This document shows positions 23,001-32,268 of a DNA stretch of 64,000 nucleotides, in pieces. Position 1 is the stretch's first letter. Each line of letters begins with the position of its first letter. A program made the position numbers and the translations under genes. The stretch lies in the NCBI RefSeq assembly GCF_003991155.1, contig NZ_CP031293.1; one strand, 5' to 3'. This DNA comes from Escherichia coli (GTDB taxonomy: Bacteria > Pseudomonadota > Gammaproteobacteria > Enterobacterales > Enterobacteriaceae). The notes under the pieces were generated by a model. It searched no databases. It was not told the DNA's origin and saw only the letters and a list, made by a program, of their open reading frames with translations.

Positions 23001-23756
23001 ATGACTGAAGCACAAAGACATCAAATCCTCCTGGAAATGCTCGCACAATTGGGCTTTGTGACCGTTGAGAAAGTCGTTGAGCGTCTGGGAATTTCGCCTG
23101 CCACTGCACGACGCGATATCAATAAACTTGACGAAAGCGGCAAACTGAAAAAAGTGCGCAATGGCGCAGAAGCTATTACCCAGCAGCGCCCACGCTGGAC
23201 GCCGATGAATCTGCATCAGGCGCAGAATCACGATGAAAAAGTACGTATTGCTAAAGCGGCCTCGCAGCTGGTTAATCCGGGCGAAAGCGTAGTCATCAAC
23301 TGCGGCTCCACCGCGTTTCTGCTTGGGCGGGAAATGTGTGGCAAGCCAGTGCAAATCATCACTAATTATCTACCGCTGGCAAATTACCTGATCGATCAGG
23401 AGCATGACAGCGTGATCATTATGGGCGGACAGTACAACAAAAGTCAGTCCATCACTTTAAGCCCGCAGGGCAGCGAAAACAGTCTCTATGCCGGGCACTG
23501 GATGTTTACCAGCGGCAAAGGGCTGACAGCAGAAGGGTTGTATAAAACCGATATGTTGACGGCAATGGCAGAGCAGAAGATGCTGAGCGTGGTAGGGAAA
23601 CTGGTGGTACTGGTTGATAGCAGTAAGATTGGCGAACGCGCGGGAATGCTTTTTAGCCGTGCCGATCAAATCGATATGCTGATCACCGGCAAAAATGCTA
23701 ACCCGGAAATCCTGCAACAGCTGGAAGCGCAAGGGGTCAGCATTCTGCGTGTTTAA
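23001..23756 (+). CDS. ulaR: DeoR-family transcriptional repressor UlaR
   Basis: 251-aa [46 protein letters not shown] (DeoR HTH). Confidence 0.9.
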
Positions 23757-24502
23757 AGATGCTGGCGGAAAAATGTCACGGCAGCATCTAATGCCTCAGG
23801 CGTAATGCGGTGACGCACGCCAGGCTGCCATGAACAGGTTAGCAGTTTATCCCGTCCCGTCTCGCTTAAGGCCTGCTGCAAACGTAGTGATTCGTCGGCA
23901 GGCACGACGTCGTCGTCAAGGCCATGCCACAGCAGTAGAGGTCTGTCAGCAAGTTGTTCCTGGTGGTTTGTCGCTTCCCACTCTGCCAGCGGCGCGACAA
24001 TGTTATTGAATTCATTCTGCTGTGCTGCCGTTTCAGGTATCAGCGGTGGAAACAGTGAACGGGCGAGCGATGTAAAATAGCCCGATCCCATCATGCTGGC
24101 GGTACATTTCACCGTGGGGTGGCGAGCGGTAATTCCCAGTGCCGTCATCGCGCCCATCGACGCGCCACCGACTGCCAGACGGTCATCACGCAGCCAGTTT
24201 TCTTCGGCTATTGCCGCACGTAAGGTAGTGAATTCCTGCATACTTTGTAGCAAGATTTGCCAGAATTGATTTAACCGCCGCGCTGCGTCGCCACTAAAAC
24301 GGCTACCGTGATCGGGCGCATCCGGCATGATCACCCGCAAACCAGCCTGCGCCAGCGCAACGGCAAAATAGCTATACACCAGACTGGACGAAGTAAAGCC
24401 GTGATAAAAAATCACACACGGTAACGGGGTATCTTTTTGCCCGACAGGATAAGCATGAAGAACGGGAGTATCTGCCAGCTCGCGTGATTCTATTTCAATC
24501 AT
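23753..24502 (-). CDS. yjfP: Esterase YjfP (alpha/beta hydrolase)
   Basis: 249-aa ORF with GGASMG nucleophile-elbow-like motif; convergent with ulaR, 4-bp overlap. Confidence 0.85.
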
Positions 24503-24683
24503 CTGTCTCTCCTTTTTGTCTGGTATGACATGAAGAAATCCTTAGCACAAGTTTCTGCTGGCGGTATTAGTTCATAATGTTGAGATGTGGGTTACGCTTT
24601 CGTCACGTTTTCATTCGAAAATCGCGTACCAGGTAACAATTCGGGAACATTCCCCCAAAGTTAAATTAATAAGGCACTACACT

Positions 24684-25013
24684 ATGGTTAGCAGGAAACG
24701 TAATAGCGTTATTTACCGGTTTGCCAGTTTATTATTGGTGTTGATGTTAAGTGCCTGTAGCGCACTGCAAGGTACGCCACAGCCAGCACCGCCAGTAACC
24801 GACCATCCGCAAGAGATTCGCCGCGACCAGACGCAAGGGTTACAGCGAATAGGTAGCGTAAGCACGATGGTTCGGGGTTCTCCGGATGACGCATTAGCAG
24901 AAATCAGAGCGAAAGCTGTCGCTGCAAAAGCTGATTATTACGTTGTCGTCATGGTGGACGAAACCATCGTGACAGGACAGTGGTATTCACAAGCCATTTT
25001 GTACCGTAAATAA
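24684..25013 (+). CDS. bsmA: Biofilm stress and motility lipoprotein BsmA (YjfO), DUF1471
   Basis: ORF 24585..25013; start set at MVSRKRNSVIYRFASLLLVLMLSAC (lipobox LSAC), 109 aa. Confidence 0.8.
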   Translation: MVSRKRNSVIYRFASLLLVLMLSACSALQGTPQPAPPVTDHPQEIRRDQTQGLQRIGSVSTMVRGSPDDALAEIRAKAVAAKADYYVVVMVDETIVTGQWYSQAILYRK

Positions 25014-25161
25014 ATCAGACAACTTACATAGTCAGCTTTACATTGCTTTGCGTCCCTATGCGTTTACCTGTGCACAATAAATTACCGGCTGGAAGCTCGG
25101 GCGTTTATTACCGCGATGGAATGCCCTGCAACATGTGGGGAAACGAAAAATGGAGCTGACG

Positions 25162-25437
25162 ATGAAACAATTACTTGCCTCACCCTCGCTGCAATTAGTG
25201 ACTTATCCTGCGAGCGCCACGGCACAGTCTGCAGAATTCGCCAGTGCTGACTGCGTGACGGGCCTGAATGAAATAGGTCAGATCTCAGTTAGCAATATTT
25301 CAGGGGATCCGCAGGACGTGGAACGTATCGTGGCGTTAAAGGCCGATGAACAAGGTGCGTCATGGTACCGCATTATTACCATGTACGAAGACCAGCAGCC
25401 TGATAACTGGCGCGTACAGGCGATACTGTATGCGTGA
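25162..25437 (+). CDS. yjfN: DUF1471-family small secreted protein YjfN
   Basis: ORF 25135..25437; start set at MKQLLASPSLQLVTYPASATA (91 aa). Confidence 0.75.
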   Translation: MKQLLASPSLQLVTYPASATAQSAEFASADCVTGLNEIGQISVSNISGDPQDVERIVALKADEQGASWYRIITMYEDQQPDNWRVQAILYA

Positions 25438-25461
25438 GTATCATCTACTGCAAATGAACAA

Positions 25462-25495
25462 TGCCGGATGCGGCGCGAGCGCCTTGTCCGGCCTA
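25462..25495. repeat. REP (repetitive extragenic palindromic) element
   Basis: gccggatgcggcgcgagcgccttgtccggcctac closely matches the E. coli REP consensus; lies between convergent yjfN and aidB. Confidence 0.55.
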
Positions 25496-25553
25496 CAATT
25501 TTAAAATATTTCATTTAGTTAATCGAAACCAGCGTCGCATCAGTCGTATACGC

Positions 25554-27179
25554 TTACAAACACACTCCTCCCGTCGCCCGCAGCAATAAATCATTCTGGA
25601 TCTGCTCTGACAACCGTACGCCGCCGCGCGTATCTAACATCACCTGACACCACGCCTGCGCCATTGGCGGAGAGGCATATTTCAACATTTGCGCACCACA
25701 GCCCAGCAGGAATAGCTGATGAGTAATCTCTCGCCCCAGTTCTTCAGCAGGCTTACGCAGCTGCTGCTGTAAACGACGAACCGCGCGATCAAAATAGCGA
25801 TCCTGTCCTTTCACTTCCACAAATGCTTCCGACAATAAGTCGTATACGCCCGCTTGCTTATTGAGCACGCGCAGCACATCCAGGCACATAATGTTGCCGG
25901 AACCTTCCCAGATACTATTTACCGGCATCTCCCGGTAAAGCCGCGGCAGCTCGCTCTCCTCGCAATAACCAATGCCGCCCAGCACCTCCATCGCTTCGGC
26001 CATAAACGGCATACCTCGTTTGCAGATCACAAATTTCGCCGCAGGCGTAAATAAACGCGCCCACAGGGCTTCTTTGGCATCAGCACGCCGGTCCCACGCT
26101 CGCGCAAGACGAAACAGCAACGCCGTTTGACCTTCAAGCTGAAGCGCCATGCGACTTAAGACATGACGCATAAGGGGCTGTTGGATCAATGGATTACCAA
26201 AAACATGGCGTTGATGTGCATGATAAATCGCCAGCGAAAATGCACGGCGCATCATGGCATGGCTACCCAGGGCGCAATCAAAACGCGTCATCCCTCCCAT
26301 TTTCAGGATCAGACGAGTTCCTTCCCCTTCCTGCCCTAACAACCAGCCAATGGCATCCTGAAACTCCACTTCGCAACTGGCGTTAGAGCGATTACCCAGC
26401 TTATCTTTCAGCCGCTCGAGGCGAATCGCGTTGCGTTGCCCGTCAGGCAAAAAGCGCGGCACAAAAAAGCAGGACAAACCGCCCGTAGTCTGCGCCAGCA
26501 CCAGATGCGCATCGCTTTGCGGCACCGAGAAAAACCATTTATGCCCCACCAGCCGATAAGAGCCATCTTCCAGGCGCTCTGCGCGGGTGGTGTTGCTCAT
26601 GACATCGGAACCGCCCTGCTTTTCCGTCATTCCCATGCCAATCAACAAACCGCGTTTTTGCCCACCTGGCAATAAGTGAGAATCGTAGCGATCGCTCAAC
26701 AGCGGCGTGGTCCAGTCCTGAAACGGCGCGGGTAACATCTGTAACAGCAATGGCGTGGCGGCAAAGGTCATGGTTATCGGACATAACGACCCAGCCTCAA
26801 CCTGCGCATGTAACATAAAACGCGCCGCGCGCGCCACAAATGCGCCGGAGCGAGCGTCTTCTTCCCAGGCAAGATTGTGCACCCGATTGGTACATAGCGC
26901 CTGCATCAGCAGGTGCCAGGCGGGGTGAAAACGCACATCGTCCAGACGGCGTCCTTGCGCATCGTAGCGCAATAATTCAGGCGGATTCACATTCGCCAGC
27001 CGCCCCAGTTCAAGGGATTCAGCCGTCCCTAACTGCTGACCAATACTGGCTAGAAAATCGCTATCCCAGCCAGCACCTTCACGCGTTACCGCTTCGCAGA
27101 GCGCGCCATCAGACAGGTATAAATTGCTGTTATTTAATGGTATAGGTTGATTAAAAACGGTGTGAGTTTGCCAGTGCAC
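25554..27179 (-). CDS. aidB: Adaptive-response protein AidB (acyl-CoA dehydrogenase family)
   Basis: ORF track 547 aa; conserved N-terminus begins at the GTG codon of V-HWQTHTVFNQPIPLNNSNLY (541 aa). Confidence 0.9.
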   Translation of the reverse strand: MHWQTHTVFNQPIPLNNSNLYLSDGALCEAVTREGAGWDSDFLASIGQQLGTAESLELGRLANVNPPELLRYDAQGRRLDDVRFHPAWHLLMQALCTNRVHNLAWEEDARSGAFVARAARFMLHAQVEAGSLCPITMTFAATPLLLQMLPAPFQDWTTPLLSDRYDSHLLPGGQKRGLLIGMGMTEKQGGSDVMSNTTRAERLEDGSYRLVGHKWFFSVPQSDAHLVLAQTTGGLSCFFVPRFLPDGQRNAIRLERLKDKLGNRSNASCEVEFQDAIGWLLGQEGEGTRLILKMGGMTRFDCALGSHAMMRRAFSLAIYHAHQRHVFGNPLIQQPLMRHVLSRMALQLEGQTALLFRLARAWDRRADAKEALWARLFTPAAKFVICKRGMPFMAEAMEVLGGIGYCEESELPRLYREMPVNSIWEGSGNIMCLDVLRVLNKQAGVYDLLSEAFVEVKGQDRYFDRAVRRLQQQLRKPAEELGREITHQLFLLGCGAQMLKYASPPMAQAWCQVMLDTRGGVRLSEQIQNDLLLRATGGVCL

Positions 27180-27262
27180 TGTGTCTCCCTCCATCAATGG
27201 CAGTCACCATTAGTATGGTCACTGCCATGGATTCATGACAGAAAGAGATTGCTAAAACATTC

Positions 27263-28426
27263 TTATCCAGCAATGTAATGCGGAACGAAACGTGAGGTGT
27301 CTTTGGTGATCAGCGTGTTATCTTCACGGATCCCCATTCCGCACGCTTCATCATCGACAATCCAGCTACCGATGAGTGTGTAGCTATCGCCAAATCGCGG
27401 CAGAGGTTGAAACGCCTGGTAGATCATCGGTTCATCGGCGTAATCACCATCAGCGTGGTCAACGACGTTATTCTGACCGTCGAAAATGGTGACGTTGCCG
27501 CCTTCGCGCGAGTAGATCGGTTTACGCACATAGCTTTCGCCAGCGGCAATCTGCGATTTTTCACCCTCAAACCAGGATGCAAGAAGGTTAGGATGACCAG
27601 GGAAGAAGCGCCAAAGCAGCGGCATTAGCCCTTTATTACTCAAGATACTTTTCCATAACGGCTCCACCCATTGCTCGCGACGCTTGCGCAGCAGCGGACC
27701 GTTATCGTCACGCATCATCCACTCCAGCGGATACAGCTTAAATGCACGCTGGATGACATTATCATCAAGATCGGTCAGTACGCCGCCGACGCCCAAACCG
27801 AGATCTTCAATGTAGATAAACCGCGACTCCTGCCCTGCCTGCTGGGCGCAGTCCTGCAAGTACAGCACGGTACTCCTGTCTTCATCGGTGTCCTGACAGC
27901 AGCAAAAATAAAACGGTTCCCGACTGTAAAGCTCACTAAAGCGCGAAATCAGGCGTTCCTGAATGGCATTGTACTGATCGGCATCACGCGGAACAATGCC
28001 GCTGCGCCGGGCATCTTCCAGCCACAGCCACTGGAAATAAGCCGACTCGTACAATGAAGTTGGCGTATCGGCGTTGTACTCCAGCAGCTTCACCGGCGCA
28101 TTACCACACCAGGCAAAATCCATCCGGCCATACAACGAAGGATCGCGTGCGCGCCAGCTTTCGGCGATCACATCCCAGTACAACGGCGGGATCGCCAGTT
28201 GCGTCAGGATCTCTTCATCTTTAACCGCGCGATCCACCACCTCAAGGCACATCTGATGCAGTTCCGCAGTCGGTTTTTCGATCTGCTCTTCAATCTGGCG
28301 CAGAGTAAAACGGTAAGCCCGACTCTCGTCCCAATAGATTTCATTGTCGATGATATGAAAGTCAAATCCGTTATCGGCGGCAATCCGGTCCAGATCCCGC
28401 CGCACAGGAACATTGTGTCTCAGCAT
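27263..28426 (-). CDS. yjfC: Glutathionylspermidine synthase-like ATP-grasp protein YjfC
   Basis: ORF 392 aa; start set at MLRHNVPVRRDLDRIAADNGFDFH (387 aa). Confidence 0.85.
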   Translation of the reverse strand: MLRHNVPVRRDLDRIAADNGFDFHIIDNEIYWDESRAYRFTLRQIEEQIEKPTAELHQMCLEVVDRAVKDEEILTQLAIPPLYWDVIAESWRARDPSLYGRMDFAWCGNAPVKLLEYNADTPTSLYESAYFQWLWLEDARRSGIVPRDADQYNAIQERLISRFSELYSREPFYFCCCQDTDEDRSTVLYLQDCAQQAGQESRFIYIEDLGLGVGGVLTDLDDNVIQRAFKLYPLEWMMRDDNGPLLRKRREQWVEPLWKSILSNKGLMPLLWRFFPGHPNLLASWFEGEKSQIAAGESYVRKPIYSREGGNVTIFDGQNNVVDHADGDYADEPMIYQAFQPLPRFGDSYTLIGSWIVDDEACGMGIREDNTLITKDTSRFVPHYIAG

Positions 28427-28428
28427 GA

Positions 28429-29067
28429 TTAGCCTCCCCAATGCCCACGGGCGCTGGAAGAACGACCATAGCCGCCGCGAGAAACGGTTGACGCTTTTTT
28501 GGTGGTAAAGCCGCCCGAAGAGTAAGACTCTTTTTTGCCAGAACCGGAGCGCCAGGAGTAATCACCGGAAGTGTTGCGCCAGACGGGGCGGGAAGCAAAT
28601 GAGGATCCGCCGCTGTTATAGACGAACGGCTCATCGCGATCTTTACGAATAACCCGGCTTAACAAAAATCCAGAAACGACCGGGATCCAACTCTGTTCAA
28701 CATTGTCGTAGTAACAATTTTCATACTTAGACTGACAATTCTGCTGAGTCATATTCTTCGGAACATCGGCATAAAACGCCGCTTTGGCGTTGTTCCAGCC
28801 ATGAGCACAGATATCTGAATTATTACCGTCATCAATACAATCCTGCACAGTCGAGTAAAACGTTCCGTCGCCGTCGTTATCGACATCGCCACTATCGCCA
28901 CAACCTTTCAATACGAAAAAAGCGGCACCGCCCATTAGCGCCAACGTTAAGTATTTTTGTGCGTAGCGATTGCGACGCGGTTCAAAAGGATTATTCGGTC
29001 TGCCAATGCGACTGATCGCTCCGTGACCAATTTTACTGTTATTTCTTGATTTGCGTTTTCTGGCCAT
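28429..29067 (-). CDS. yjfM: DUF1190-family protein YjfM with Gly/Ser-rich C-terminal tail
   Basis: 212-aa ORF; N-terminal hydrophobic segment, Cys-containing central region, low-complexity G/S/R-rich C-terminus. Confidence 0.8.
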   Translation of the reverse strand: MARKRKSRNNSKIGHGAISRIGRPNNPFEPRRNRYAQKYLTLALMGGAAFFVLKGCGDSGDVDNDGDGTFYSTVQDCIDDGNNSDICAHGWNNAKAAFYADVPKNMTQQNCQSKYENCYYDNVEQSWIPVVSGFLLSRVIRKDRDEPFVYNSGGSSFASRPVWRNTSGDYSWRSGSGKKESYSSGGFTTKKASTVSRGGYGRSSSARGHWGG

Positions 29068-29076
29068 GATCGTCCA

Positions 29077-29475
29077 TTACCATGTCATACAAGCTGCGTT
29101 AAAAATACCACCAGCCAGTGCGGCGGTTCCCATAAACATTCCTGCTGCGGTATTGTGATTAATAATTTTTTCGCTTAATGCGGGCATATAAAGTCTGACG
29201 CCAGCAAAAACGAGTAACTGAATCACCAGTGCAATCCCGCCCCAGGCGAAATAATCCGGAATACTCACCGCATTGATTGCCGCACTGGATAAGGGGATCA
29301 CGTAACCCAACAATGTACCGCTGAATGCCAGTGACGCCGCGGTATTATTGTTTTTGATTAATTGCCATTCGTTGTGCGGTGTAATTTTGGAGTAGATAAA
29401 CAGAAAAATAATCACCATAGCCACGCCAATAAAAAAATAGGCGCTAAAGGCAAGAAGTGAATCCAGTATATGCAT
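29077..29475 (-). CDS. yjfL: DUF350-family inner membrane protein YjfL
   Basis: ORF 159 aa; start set at MHILDSLLAFSAYFFIGVAMVIIF (132 aa), 4 predicted TM segments. Confidence 0.75.
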   Translation of the reverse strand: MHILDSLLAFSAYFFIGVAMVIIFLFIYSKITPHNEWQLIKNNNTAASLAFSGTLLGYVIPLSSAAINAVSIPDYFAWGGIALVIQLLVFAGVRLYMPALSEKIINHNTAAGMFMGTAALAGGIFNAACMTW

Positions 29476-29492
29476 CGTAAACGTCCTTGTAA

Positions 29493-30152
29493 TTAACCAA
29501 TAATATGAAGTGATGTCAGCGGGATATCGACACCCAGCGCGCGCGAAAATAACCACTCTGGCTCGCCGAGATCGTTAAAAGATTCCTCACCATTTAGCAG
29601 CAAATATTCGTAAGTATCTTCGGTTACTTGCCGTTGGTAGCCCATGGTAAAATTATGCACTTCCCATTTGGCATGGTTTTGATTTTCTACTTTTTCCAGC
29701 ATGTAGACGGGTTCGATATTTCCCGGTTCTTCGCTGTTAAAAAATCGCTGCCAGCGTTTTTCCTGCCAGTTTAAGGTCATTGCCCCCATCGCTTTGGCAT
29801 TGATCGTCTCGCGCCAGTGACTCTCTTTACTGATACCGTAGCTCTCTTCATAGACAAAGAGCTTGATATCATCAATGTCATCAATATTTTCGCCGCCGGT
29901 GGTATTGATTTGCAGAAACTCATCGCCTGAAGTGTAGTAGCGGAAAATCTGGCTACCGCCGCCCAGATCGATGCGGCTGACGGCGGCTACCGTAAATTCC
30001 TCACCCGGCAGCGCAATCAGCAATTCATCTTCCAGCAAACGAAACGCTAACGTGTCGAGCGTAAAGCCACTATTGAGATGAAGTCCCAGCGGACCACGAG
30101 CGATAGCAGGCTTATTATCCTTGCCAAACAGACGCTGGAAAAAACCAGACAT
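29493..30152 (-). CDS. yjfK: DUF2491-family protein YjfK
   Basis: 219-aa ORF; synteny yjfI-yjfJ-yjfK-yjfL-yjfM-yjfC. Confidence 0.8.
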   Translation of the reverse strand: MSGFFQRLFGKDNKPAIARGPLGLHLNSGFTLDTLAFRLLEDELLIALPGEEFTVAAVSRIDLGGGSQIFRYYTSGDEFLQINTTGGENIDDIDDIKLFVYEESYGISKESHWRETINAKAMGAMTLNWQEKRWQRFFNSEEPGNIEPVYMLEKVENQNHAKWEVHNFTMGYQRQVTEDTYEYLLLNGEESFNDLGEPEWLFSRALGVDIPLTSLHIIG

Positions 30153-30201
30153 ATTTTATCCTTATAATAGTTGCCAGCCTTGCAGTGAGGCTGGCAAAAA
30201 A

Positions 30202-30900
30202 TTACTCGCCCTGTTGGCGTTGCAGTCTTGCTAATACATCCTGGGCGCTACTTTTATTGCTACCGCCAATTCCGGCTTCCGCCAGCTTTTCATCGAGATC
30301 GCGACCGTCTGCGACTTTTTCCAACTGTGCGGCAGCATCCAGGCGAGCCTGACGTTCGGCCTGACGCGTTTGCAGGCGTTTTAAGGATTCTGCCGCTGTC
30401 GAAACGCTGGAAGATGCGCCAACGGTAGAGGTCGTTACAGCCTGTTGTGCACGCTGCATGGCTTCAGTGGCTTTAACGACTTCCATTTGCTGCTCAAACT
30501 GAGCGATACGCTGCGCTGTCGCTGTAACTGCTTTTTCCACGCCATCACGAGAGACTTCCAGATTCGACAACACTTGCTCTTCAGCGGTAATGAGATTCTC
30601 AAGGCGCGCGATTTCTTCAGCAACTTCGTTAATCAACGACGGATTCACGTTCTTGCTTAACGCTTCCAGCGCACGAGCTTCCAGACTGGCTTTGCGCTCA
30701 CGTAAATCTTTCAGCTTATCGTGACTTAATTTCACTCGCGCCAGCAGATCAACGCGAGATTTTCCGGCTTTATCGAGTTCAGCTTTAGCGTCACGAATAT
30801 GCTGTTCCAGCATGCGCACGCCCTGGGTTTCTTCAATGGACTCTTCCGCCTGGGAGATAAACGATTTCCCCAGCGTAAATAAACTTTTTAAAATCCCCAT
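30202..30900 (-). CDS. yjfJ: PspA/IM30-family protein YjfJ
   Basis: 232-aa ORF, coiled-coil-rich sequence (MGILKSLFTLGKSFISQAEESIEETQGVRMLEQHIRDAKAEL) typical of PspA/Vipp1. Confidence 0.85.
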   Translation of the reverse strand: MGILKSLFTLGKSFISQAEESIEETQGVRMLEQHIRDAKAELDKAGKSRVDLLARVKLSHDKLKDLRERKASLEARALEALSKNVNPSLINEVAEEIARLENLITAEEQVLSNLEVSRDGVEKAVTATAQRIAQFEQQMEVVKATEAMQRAQQAVTTSTVGASSSVSTAAESLKRLQTRQAERQARLDAAAQLEKVADGRDLDEKLAEAGIGGSNKSSAQDVLARLQRQQGE

Positions 30901-30918
30901 AAATACCCGTCCTTGTAA

Positions 30919-31320
30919 TTAGTGTGAATATTCTTCTGTAATTTCAGCCAGATCCAATGCGTTATCTACCAGCGAGGTTATCTCAAGCAGAATATCTTCA
31001 AGAGAAGATTTAAGCGATAACGCACCGAAAACAATGTAATACTCTTCCTGTTGCACGCTGGAGATCCCTACCGATGACAACGGCATCATCTTCTGATTTC
31101 TTAATAAGAAGGTATTAAATTCATCTGGATTGCTGATACTACTTACCGGACAAATAAAGGTTTCGATAATCATTTGGCGGGAAGTAAATAGAATATTGAT
31201 TTGCAAATCGCCATAATCATTCATTTTAATAATTAATGCGTTCTCGCTATTTGTTACATCAATATTTTGTTCAGGTACAGTTTGCAGCGCCGTCGCCAGC
31301 GCCAACGGATTCCATGTCAT
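30919..31320 (-). CDS. yjfI: DUF2170-family protein YjfI
   Basis: 133-aa ORF; first gene of the yjfIJKLMC cluster, AT-rich upstream region. Confidence 0.8.
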   Translation of the reverse strand: MTWNPLALATALQTVPEQNIDVTNSENALIIKMNDYGDLQINILFTSRQMIIETFICPVSSISNPDEFNTFLLRNQKMMPLSSVGISSVQQEEYYIVFGALSLKSSLEDILLEITSLVDNALDLAEITEEYSH

Positions 31321-31400
31321 ATATTATTCCATATAAATTAAGTTTAAATATTAATAAAATGAATATTTGCAGTACGTAATTATCTTACCAGCTATAGACA

Positions 31401-31426
31401 AAAAAAAACCATCCAAATCTGGATGG
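31401..31426 (-). terminator. Rho-independent terminator downstream of rlmB
   Basis: On the minus strand: hairpin ccatccagatttggatgg followed by a T8 run (plus-strand a8 at 31401..31408). Confidence 0.55.
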
Positions 31427-31446
31427 CTTTTCATAATTCCGAGAAA

Positions 31447-32178
31447 TTAGCTACGCTGGCGTACCGCTTCAAATAAGCAAATGCCTGTCGCCACAGAAAC
31501 GTTCAGCGAAGAAACACTTCCTGCCATGGGGATGCTGATCAACTCATCGCAATGTTCACGGGTCAGGCGACGCATGCCTTCACCTTCTGCGCCCATCACC
31601 AGTGCCAGCCGTCCGGTCATTTTGCTCTGATAGAGTGTATGATCCGCCTCGCCTGCCGTACCGACGATCCAGATATTCTCTTCCTGCAACATACGCATGG
31701 TGCGCGCCAGATTAGTCACCCGAATCAGCGGAACGCTTTCTGCCGCACCACAGGCCACTTTTTTCGCCGTGGCGTTGAGCTGTGCGGAGCGATCTTTCGG
31801 CACAATCACCGCATGAACACCAGCGGCGTCCGCGCTACGCAGGCACGCGCCGAGGTTGTGCGGATCGGTTACGCCGTCGAGGATCAGCAGGAACGGTTGA
31901 TCGAGCGAAGCGATCAGATCCGGCAGATCGTTTTCCTGATACTGCCGTCCTGGCTTCACACGAGCGATAATGCCCTGATGCACGGCACCGTCGCTTTTCT
32001 CGTCGAGATATTGGCGGTTTGCCAGCTGGATAACCACGCCCTGGGACTCAAGGGCGTGAATCAGCGGCAACAGACGTTTATCTTCACGGCCTTTTAAAAT
32101 AAAGACTTCCTGAAAACGTTCAGGGGCGCGCTCCAGCAGGGCCTGCACTGCGTGGATGCCGTAAATCATTTCGCTCAT
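31447..32178 (-). CDS. rlmB: 23S rRNA (guanosine2251-2'-O)-methyltransferase RlmB
   Basis: 243-aa SpoU-family methyltransferase sequence; downstream of rnr. Confidence 0.92.
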
Positions 32179-32268
32179 TAATGTACTCGTTGTTTACGTT
32201 TTGCCGGGAGCGCCACGCTTGCCCGGCCTACGGATAATTCACCCTCTTCTGTTTGAAGAGGGTAATGA

